NCBI GenBank assembly: GCA_964578745.1
Contig: CAZODZ010000002.1
Coordinates: 17,123-81,122 of the forward strand
From: an uncultured Dehalococcoidales bacterium
GTDB taxonomy: Bacteria; Chloroflexota; Dehalococcoidia; GIF9; AB-539-J10
Direction of reading: 5' to 3'
Length of the DNA: 64,000 nt
Shown: positions 57,394-64,000 of the stretch, one piece after another
Position numbering within the stretch: position 1 is the stretch's first letter
Layout of the letters: each line of letters starts with the position of its first letter
Notes under the pieces: model-generated
Database searches by the model: none
Seen by the model: only the letters and a program-made list of their open reading frames with translations
What the model was told of the DNA's origin: nothing
Translations under genes and position numbers: made by a program

Positions 57394-59790
57394 ATGCTCT
57401 ATGCCGAGGTGGCGGTTAACGCCCCTGCGGGGCGATCTACCTACTCTTACGCGGTCCCCGAGACTCTGTCTGTCCGTGAAGGCCAGCCTGTCTGGGTACC
57501 TTTCGGGCCGAGGACGGTTCGGGGTATCATTGTCCGGCTGGGTGCTGTGCCTGGACATGAATCTCCACGGGCTATCCTTTCGGCTTCATCGGAATTCAAC
57601 CTCACAGCTTTCCAGATTGGCATTGCACACTGGACAGCCGAGCGCTATCTTAGCCCGCTGTTCTCTGCCCTTTCTCTCTTCCTGCCACCTGGCGTAGAAC
57701 GCCAACCAGATACATACCTTGCCCCTTCCGGCAAAGAGGACATTCCTGGAGGATTGTCAGAGCGGCAAAGGAAGTTGCTTCAACTGGTCGCTTCGCGTGG
57801 TCGCATCGCGCTCAAGGACGTGGAGAAAGCGATGGGCAAGAGGCGGACTTCCCATGATGTGGCTATCCTTGTGCAACGTGGCCTCCTCAGGCGGGAAGAC
57901 GTCACACGCGAGCGCCGAATTGGAGAGCGCACAGACCTGCTCGTCTCGCTCTCGCAGAGGGTCCGGGAGGCTGGAAACGATCTGACGAGTGTCGTGCCTC
58001 GCACAGCTTTCCGGCAGCGTGAGGTGTTGGAGTACCTGTTATCTCTCTCTGGACCCGTATCATTTGAGGATCTCCGCGTTCGTTTCGGAACGCAGCGCGC
58101 TGTCCTCCGTGTACTTGAGCGGAAGGGGCTTATCGACGTTCACGAGAGGCGCATCTGGCGCAGTCCACTGCGTGCGGCGTCACCGCGTTCAAGCATCGTG
58201 CCCAGACTGACCGGTTTTCAAGCTCGCGCCTGGAAGACGCTCGCCGATGGAATGCGCAGTGGTCTGTACCGCGAGTATCTCCTGTTTGGTGTCACTGGCA
58301 GCGGCAAGACTGAACTGTACCTGCGGGCCACACAAGAAGCTCTCGCTTCGGGCCGGAGCGCTATCTGCTTGGTGCCTGAGATAGTCCTTGCGGCGCAGAC
58401 AGTCGACCGATTCATGGGACGTTTCCCCGGTCGGGTGGCGCTCCTGCACAGTGGCCTGGCACCAGGTGAGCAATTGGACGAGTGGGAGCGGGTGTGTCGT
58501 GGCGACGCGTCGGTTGTCATCGGGCCGCGGAGTGCCCTGTTTGCACCGGTGAATAATCCCGGTGTAATCATCCTTGATGAGGAACACGAATGGGCCTACA
58601 AGCAGGACGACGTCGCACCCCGCTACCACGCTCGCGCCGTGGCAAGGGAGATGGCAAGTCGCGCTCGAATACCGCTGCTCCTTGGAAGCGCGACACCGGA
58701 TGTTGAGACCTTCGATCGGGCGCTACAGGGTGGCGCGCAGTTGCTTGAACTACCTGAGCGTATCAGCGACGGCGGACTGCCACTCATAGAACTGGTGGAT
58801 ATGCGCAACGAGTTGCGTGCAGGAAACTTCAGCCTGTTCAGTCGTGTGTTGTTGTCGGCTATGCGTGAAGCCCTCGGACGGAAAGAACAGATTCTGCTGT
58901 TTCTGAACCGCCGGGGAACGGCCACCCTGGTACAGTGTCGTCGCTGTGGGCATGTCTTTGCCTGCCCGAGGTGCTCGGTGGCGCTGGCATATCATGCGAC
59001 GGAAGAAAGGCTTGTCTGTCACCGATGCGGCTATTCCACGCGAGTGTCCGAGACCTGCCCCACGTGCAAAGGCTCCCGTATTCGGTATCTCGGAGTGGGA
59101 ACACAGAGGGTAGTCGACGAGGTGCACACGGTCTTTCCCGGTGCCAGAGTCATCCGGTGGGACAGCGATGTGCCTGCTCGTACGAGAGGGCAATCGCGCC
59201 TGGACGACGCTGTTCACTCGGGCGACGTTGACATCATCGTGGGTACGCAGATGGTTGCGAAAGGGCTGGACTTCCCCAATGTCACGCTTGTCGGAGCCAT
59301 AAGTGCGGACTTGGGTCTGACATTGCCTGACTACCGTGCCGGAGAGCGCACCTTTCAATTGCTCTGCCAAGTGGCCGGCCGCGCTGGTCGCGGTCTGAAG
59401 CCTGGCAGAGTCGTGGCCCAGACATACGAACCGGAGAACTATGTGATACGCTCTGCCGCTGCTCAGGACTACCGAGCCTTTTTCGAGGCAGAGATGAAAT
59501 ATCGAGAGGAGGCATATTATCCTCCCTTCTGCTCAGTCGTACGACTGGTGTACGCACATACGAACGACGACCGCGGTCGTTCAGAGGCGGAACGGGTCTA
59601 CCGACTGTTGGCGAGGCAGTCGAGCGACTTACTTCGTGTCACCGGCCCAACACCTGCCTTTGTTCATCGTCTTAGGGGTCGGTATCGGTGGCAGGTGCTG
59701 GTACGTGGAGAGAATCCAGCGGCTGTGGTCGCAGGGCTGTCATTGCCGAGTGGGTGGATGGTTGACGTAGATCCACAGAGTGTTGCGTAG
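57394..59790 (+). CDS. priA: primosomal protein N' (replication restart helicase)
   Basis: The 798-aa product has Walker A (GVTGSGKT), DEEH, and Cys-rich zinc-binding inserts (CRRCGH..CPRC..CHRCG..CPTC). Confidence 0.9.
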   Translation: MLYAEVAVNAPAGRSTYSYAVPETLSVREGQPVWVPFGPRTVRGIIVRLGAVPGHESPRAILSASSEFNLTAFQIGIAHWTAERYLSPLFSALSLFLPPGVERQPDTYLAPSGKEDIPGGLSERQRKLLQLVASRGRIALKDVEKAMGKRRTSHDVAILVQRGLLRREDVTRERRIGERTDLLVSLSQRVREAGNDLTSVVPRTAFRQREVLEYLLSLSGPVSFEDLRVRFGTQRAVLRVLERKGLIDVHERRIWRSPLRAASPRSSIVPRLTGFQARAWKTLADGMRSGLYREYLLFGVTGSGKTELYLRATQEALASGRSAICLVPEIVLAAQTVDRFMGRFPGRVALLHSGLAPGEQLDEWERVCRGDASVVIGPRSALFAPVNNPGVIILDEEHEWAYKQDDVAPRYHARAVAREMASRARIPLLLGSATPDVETFDRALQGGAQLLELPERISDGGLPLIELVDMRNELRAGNFSLFSRVLLSAMREALGRKEQILLFLNRRGTATLVQCRRCGHVFACPRCSVALAYHATEERLVCHRCGYSTRVSETCPTCKGSRIRYLGVGTQRVVDEVHTVFPGARVIRWDSDVPARTRGQSRLDDAVHSGDVDIIVGTQMVAKGLDFPNVTLVGAISADLGLTLPDYRAGERTFQLLCQVAGRAGRGLKPGRVVAQTYEPENYVIRSAAAQDYRAFFEAEMKYREEAYYPPFCSVVRLVYAHTNDDRGRSEAERVYRLLARQSSDLLRVTGPTPAFVHRLRGRYRWQVLVRGENPAAVVAGLSLPSGWMVDVDPQSVA

Positions 59791-59828
59791 CCTTCTTTGG
59801 TCTGGGAGAATGTGCCGGCGGTGTCAGT

Positions 59829-60401
59829 ATGATGTACATACTGGGCATAATGGGTAGTCCACGGGGCGGGGGGAATACGGACATACTGCTGGATGCAGCC
59901 CTTGATGCTGCGGCCGATGAGGGAGCGCAAACGCGCAAAGTCATGGTGTCGACACTGGACATCCATCCCTGTCTCGAGCTGTACCATTGTGCTGTCGACG
60001 GGACGTGCTCGATACGTGACGACATGCTGCCCCTGTATGACGAAATCGTTGCGGCCGACAGACTTATTCTCGCATCTCCTATTTTCTTCTACGGCCTTAC
60101 CAGTCAGGCCAAGGCTGTGGTGGATCGCTGTCAGGCACTCTGGGTGAGACGGCATGTTCTCAGGTCTTGGCATCCTGATGTGGATGTGCGCAGGGGTGCA
60201 CTCATCGCAGTTGGCGCAACACGTGGTACCAGGCTTTTCGATGGCACCATGCTTACGGCGAGGTACTTCTTCAATGCGGTCGGCATGAGCTTTGATGAGC
60301 AGTTGCTGATACGCGGCGTCGATCACAAAGGTCAGATCCTGGACTTTCCTCAACACGTCGAGGAGGCAAGAAAGCTTGGCAGGCGTCTTGCCACTCAGTG
60401 A
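59829..60401 (+). CDS. NADPH-dependent FMN reductase-family flavoprotein (iron-sulfur flavoprotein-like)
   Basis: It has the flavodoxin-like NADPH-dependent FMN reductase pattern (ILGIMGSPRGGGNT) and a compact Cys cluster (HPC...HC...C). Confidence 0.6.
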   Translation: MMYILGIMGSPRGGGNTDILLDAALDAAADEGAQTRKVMVSTLDIHPCLELYHCAVDGTCSIRDDMLPLYDEIVAADRLILASPIFFYGLTSQAKAVVDRCQALWVRRHVLRSWHPDVDVRRGALIAVGATRGTRLFDGTMLTARYFFNAVGMSFDEQLLIRGVDHKGQILDFPQHVEEARKLGRRLATQ

Positions 60402-60664
60402 CGTGCCTCACATGTCGTGAGGCGTGTTGTCTCTCCTGCTTGGACTTCGACAGTACCCTGAGGCGCCGTTGCCATTCGATCTGGTTTCTCCCGGCAGGTA
60501 ACGGCTGTGTCAAAGGGCCTGCGGTGTGGTAGTGGTGGTGAGTGAGACTGCTGTAACAGTGCACGTGCAGGCGTGGGTGGAATTCTTCAGAAGAGGTCTC
60601 TCGCAGGTCACGGGACATTATCTGCTGTTCTCTCCTCGGCGTTATCCGGAACTCGACAAATCTG

Positions 60665-61087
60665 ATGGGGACGGCACAAAACAGAATAGTTTCATTAGCA
60701 ATTATTATGCGAAGGACGCGTCAGTGTGAGGTGATAAAGACCATAGTGAGTTGGACAGATTCTCATCCGACAGCGGAGGATGTGCATGAACCTGCACGCA
60801 GGCAGTTACCTGGAATCAGTCTCGATACCGTCTACCGGAATCTGAAGTGGCTTATTGCCAACGGCGAGATTCAGGTGCTTGAGGGGGCTGGTGGCGCGAA
60901 CCGGTACGATGCTTGTACTCGCAACCACTACCACTTCGTGTGCGAATGTTGTGGATGGGTGATCGACCTGAACTTGAGCCTGAGAGAGAAGCTGGAACGT
61001 CTCGTGGCCGAAGACACAGGATTTCTTGTGCACGGCCACAAGCTCGAGTTCCGCGGTATCTGCGACAGGTGTCGTGTACAAAAGTGA
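60665..61087 (+). CDS. Fur-family transcriptional regulator (Fur/PerR/Zur-like)
   Basis: It has a winged-helix N-terminus and C-terminal CxxC pairs (HYHFVCECCG, CDRC). The start may be the M at 60707. Confidence 0.7.
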   Translation: MGTAQNRIVSLAIIMRRTRQCEVIKTIVSWTDSHPTAEDVHEPARRQLPGISLDTVYRNLKWLIANGEIQVLEGAGGANRYDACTRNHYHFVCECCGWVIDLNLSLREKLERLVAEDTGFLVHGHKLEFRGICDRCRVQK

Positions 61088-61129
61088 ACTATTATTTATA
61101 TCGTTGGGTAGAGTATGAGGTGAGCTACC

Positions 61130-61561
61130 GTGGCGGTATTGAGTGCAGGCGAACTGTGCGATGAGGCAGTGAACATTGAGAGCAACGGTGTTGCCTGTTA
61201 CGGATCACCGCTTAAGAAGCTCGGCGACAGTCAGGATGAACACACGTGGCGGCTCAACTCTGTCCGCCATCAACTGAAGAAGGGCGGCGAGTGGCCGGAT
61301 GTCGGCACGACATGGCAGGACGAAAGGGTCGGTGCGATTATGGAGAGCGTAACGAGCGCTGTGCCTCGCGACGTGGAAGCTGCTCACACTGAACTCGACG
61401 CGCCCAAGGAAGCTATGGCCAGGAGGATTGAGGCGTACGCGATATACCGCAGTCGTGGCAAAGAGGCAACGGTTGAGGCCGAGAAGAAACTCTATGATAC
61501 CATGGCCGATGAAGAACGTATACGTCACCTTTCTCTGCTGGATACGTATGAGAGTACCTGA
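61130..61561 (+). CDS. hypothetical protein
   Basis: It is an ORF between fur and sufC with no recognised family. Confidence 0.25.
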   Translation: MAVLSAGELCDEAVNIESNGVACYGSPLKKLGDSQDEHTWRLNSVRHQLKKGGEWPDVGTTWQDERVGAIMESVTSAVPRDVEAAHTELDAPKEAMARRIEAYAIYRSRGKEATVEAEKKLYDTMADEERIRHLSLLDTYEST

Positions 61562-61635
61562 CTAACCCTATGGGCTGGCATACAGTTAAGGAGAAGCGGA
61601 CACTCGAAGGTTAGGTTATCGCTGTCAGGAGATGA

Positions 61636-62385
61636 ATGATGGATGATGTCATCCTTTCTGTGAGGGGCCTCGTTGTCGAGGTCGGCAGCACCGAGATACT
61701 CCACGGTATCGACTTGGAGCTGCACGCTGGTGAGACTACGGCGCTGTTCGGACCAAATGGTAGCGGCAAGAGTACTCTGCTGATGGCAATAATGGGCTTC
61801 CCGCGTTACAGGGTCACCCGTGGGACTATCTTCTTCAAGGGTCACGATGTCACTGCCATGCCTGTCGATGAGCGCGCGCGCCTTGGAATGGGCATGTCGT
61901 TTCAACGCCCCCCAGTCGTTCGAGGCGTGAAGACGCGTGACATTGTGCGGGCCTGCAGCCGACGTGAGGGAGAGGATGCCGACTTGTGTCATCTGGCCAG
62001 CGTGGCTGGCCTGAGCGAGTTTCTTGATCGCGATGTGAATTCCGGTTTCTCGGGTGGTGAGATCAAGCGCTCGGAATTGCTGCAACTTCTGGCACAGGAT
62101 CCCGATCTGGTTATGCTTGATGAGCCCGAATCGGGCGTCGACCTTGTCAACATGTCGCTCGTTGGCGATCTTATCAACCAGCTGTTACAGAAGGATGTTC
62201 GCATACGGGAGCGCAGCCACGCTGGGCTGATCATCACACACACCGGCCACATATTGGACTACGTGAGCGCCCGCACTGGGTATGTGATGATTGATGGCCG
62301 GTTGTCGTGTGGAGGGGACCCACACGAGATTCTCGCGACCGTCAAGAAGTGCGGATACGAGGAGTGTGCCCGATGCATGAAGTAA
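61636..62385 (+). CDS. sufC: Fe-S cluster assembly ATPase SufC
   Basis: It has the ABC ATPase motifs (GPNGSGKST, LSGGE, LDEPESG). Confidence 0.9.
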   Translation: MMDDVILSVRGLVVEVGSTEILHGIDLELHAGETTALFGPNGSGKSTLLMAIMGFPRYRVTRGTIFFKGHDVTAMPVDERARLGMGMSFQRPPVVRGVKTRDIVRACSRREGEDADLCHLASVAGLSEFLDRDVNSGFSGGEIKRSELLQLLAQDPDLVMLDEPESGVDLVNMSLVGDLINQLLQKDVRIRERSHAGLIITHTGHILDYVSARTGYVMIDGRLSCGGDPHEILATVKKCGYEECARCMK

Positions 62386-63593
62386 CCGACCGGGAACACC
62401 TGGAAGACACTGGGATGACGAGCGAATACCCATCGCGGGTGGAACCGTCGGCCTATGCGGCCGAAGTAGAGGAGCAGGCTTACGAACCGCAGCTGGCTCA
62501 TCTGCCGGAGGACATGCGTGCTCGAATGCTTGATGCTGGGATCGTGGTTGATGAGAGCGTTGGCCGTTCTGGCACGTTCATCCAGCTAGACCACTCCGCT
62601 GTCCATTCGTCGGTCAATACTGAATCGATAGAGATGCTGCCCATAGGCCAGGCATTCGACAAGTACAATTGGCTGGCTGATCTGTGGTGGAAGGCTGTCC
62701 CTCGGGAGACGGATCAGTACACCAAGAGTGTTGAGGAGGCCCGCTATAACGGCTACTTCATCCGTGCTCTTCGTGGTCAGAAGACACTTCTGCCTCTCCA
62801 GGCATGTCTTTACATGGGAACAGGCGGCAGTGCTCAACGGGTACACAATATACTGGTTGCTGAAGAGGGCTCGGAACTGCATATCATCACGGGTTGCACT
62901 TGCGGTACTGGTGTCCAGGAAGGTCTCCATCTCGGCGTCTCCGAGTTCTACATCCGAAAAGGAGCCAAGGTGACCTACACTATGATTCACAACTGGGAGC
63001 CTGGAATCGCCGTCCGCCCTCGAACTGGCATCATACTTGAGGAGGACAGCACGCTTGTGAGCAATTACGTCATCATGAAGCCAGTGTGGGACCTCCAGAT
63101 GAATCCGGCGGCATATTGCGAAGGTAGAAATGCCATGGTGCGGTTCAGCAGCGTTATGGCAGCATATGAAGGCTCGCACCTCGACGCGGGTTCGCGTGTC
63201 TTCCTCAATGCCCCCGGCTGTCGTGCCGAGATAATCTCGCGGACCGTCGCGCGGGGTGGCGAGACCATCGCCCGCGGCTACATCGAGGGCAATGCTCCAG
63301 ATGTGAAAGGGCACCTCGAGTGCAGAGGTCTCATACTCGGAGATACGGGCGTCATTCATGCAATTCCGGAGTTGCGTGGGACACTGGCTGGCATAGATCT
63401 GTCTCATGAGGCTGCGGTAGGCAAGATAGCAGAGGAAGAAGTCGAGTATCTGATGGCTCGGGGGCTGACTAGGTCGGAGGCTACTGCAGTCATCGTCCGT
63501 GGTTTCCTGCGTGTTGATGTTGAGGGGCTTCCTGATGTACTCAGCACAGAACTGCGCAAGGCTATTGAGGCGAGCGAACGGGACCTTACATAG
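62373..63593 (+). CDS. sufB: Fe-S cluster assembly protein SufB/SufD family
   Basis: It has the SufBD beta-helix region and follows sufC with a 13-nt overlap. The start is taken at MHEVTD (62373) rather than the listed 62307. Confidence 0.8.
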   Translation: MHEVTDREHLEDTGMTSEYPSRVEPSAYAAEVEEQAYEPQLAHLPEDMRARMLDAGIVVDESVGRSGTFIQLDHSAVHSSVNTESIEMLPIGQAFDKYNWLADLWWKAVPRETDQYTKSVEEARYNGYFIRALRGQKTLLPLQACLYMGTGGSAQRVHNILVAEEGSELHIITGCTCGTGVQEGLHLGVSEFYIRKGAKVTYTMIHNWEPGIAVRPRTGIILEEDSTLVSNYVIMKPVWDLQMNPAAYCEGRNAMVRFSSVMAAYEGSHLDAGSRVFLNAPGCRAEIISRTVARGGETIARGYIEGNAPDVKGHLECRGLILGDTGVIHAIPELRGTLAGIDLSHEAAVGKIAEEEVEYLMARGLTRSEATAVIVRGFLRVDVEGLPDVLSTELRKAIEASERDLT

Positions 63594-63618
63594 GAAGAGA
63601 CAAGGAGGAGGTAGATCC

Positions 63619-63777
63619 GTGGACAAGTACCGGTGCACAGTGTGTGGCTATATCTATGATCCTGATAAGGGAGATCCCGACAATGGTGTTGAGCCGGGGG
63701 CCGCATTCGACGACATGCCGGATGATTGGGTCTGTCCCGTGTGTGGCGCTCTCCAGAGTGCATTCGAAAAAGTGTAG
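63619..63777 (+). CDS. rubredoxin
   Basis: The 52-aa product has [10 protein letters not shown] and WVCPVCG. It starts at GTG with an AAGGAGGAGG RBS. Confidence 0.85.
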   Translation: MDKYRCTVCGYIYDPDKGDPDNGVEPGAAFDDMPDDWVCPVCGALQSAFEKV

Positions 63778-63786
63778 GTGATTAAC

Positions 63787-64000
63787 ATGAGCGACTCCTC
63801 CGTATTGAAGGATAGTAGTCAGACTGCGTCAGCCGTGCGCGAGCTTGTCGCTGAGAAAGCGCTATCGTTGCAGCGGTACCTTTACTACGCGGAATTGGCC
63901 ACTAACGCGGGCCTCGAACAGACTGCCGATATTCTACGGGCGGCGGCCCGCAGTGAGGCTGAGCAGGCCAGACAAGGCATTGCGTACCTTGAAGGCACCA
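63787..64000 (+). CDS. rubrerythrin-like ferritin-fold protein, 5' part (runs off the window end)
   Basis: I translated it manually as MSDSSVLKDSSQTASAVRELVAEKALSLQRYLYYAELATNAGLEQTADILRAAARSEAEQA... It has the E-x-x-A...Y...A pattern of a rubrerythrin diiron helix and follows rubredoxin. Confidence 0.5.
   Translation, partial: MSDSSVLKDSSQTASAVRELVAEKALSLQRYLYYAELATNAGLEQTADILRAAARSEAEQARQGIAYLEGT

Noticed and set aside
62586-63638. 350-aa minus-strand ORF
   Set aside because: It is antisense to the SufB/D gene, which has clear family conservation.

Overview
This is a GC-rich (about 60%) bacterial chromosomal segment that is almost entirely ordinary housekeeping genes. There are no CRISPR arrays, IS elements or integrases. 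I could not assign a phylum; the reduced division cluster and repeated leaderless-promoter architecture (-10 box abutting the ATG) are what I would compare against Chloroflexota-type genomes. The main islands and the most unusual locus are:

- Ribosomal and core genes at the 5' end: rpoA 3' end, rplQ, truA, rplM, rpsI, followed by a terminator.
- A small GIY-YIG protein and a tRNA-Ile(GAT).
- A Na+-translocating methylmalonyl-CoA/oxaloacetate-type decarboxylase operon on the minus strand: an unlisted 46-aa OadG-like gene, a beta subunit, a carboxyltransferase and a biotin carrier.
- recA-recX, a crotonase, and dnaE, which appears to be leaderless.
- A long minus-strand operon: ligA, a SpmA/SpmB-like membrane pair, a DEDD exonuclease, an amidohydrolase, thpR, a Zn-ribbon protein, comFC, hpf, ogt.
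- Queuosine salvage: tgt plus a yhhQ-family transporter.
- A decayed threonine synthase pseudogene, then nnr.
- A TRAP transporter (dctPQM), secDF and cca.
- Two NDP-forming acyl-CoA synthetase alpha paralogs.
- A DUF1537 kinase plus PdxA2 pair, an acyl-CoA dehydrogenase, and purine salvage (ade, hpt).
- A minimal division cluster, mraZ-rsmH-ftsA-ftsZ, followed directly by nrdR-nrdJ.
- trmD-rplS, priA, and an oxidative-stress cluster: fur, sufC, sufBD, rubredoxin, rubrerythrin.

The most unusual locus is 27.3-30.8 kb. A second tubulin/FtsZ-superfamily GTPase with clear CetZ-like features, distinct from the canonical ftsZ, sits under a near-consensus leaderless promoter carrying a palindromic operator. 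It faces, convergently, two hendecad-repeat coiled-coil proteins, which makes this a candidate accessory cytoskeletal module.

Other notable items:

- A GAF / nuclease-like / HPRT fusion protein immediately downstream of nrdJ.
- An OadB-type Na+ pump subunit carrying an internal, lysine-less biotinyl-like domain.
- A tgt whose conserved N-terminus has no canonical start codon.
- A thrC relic with the PLP-binding lysine replaced.
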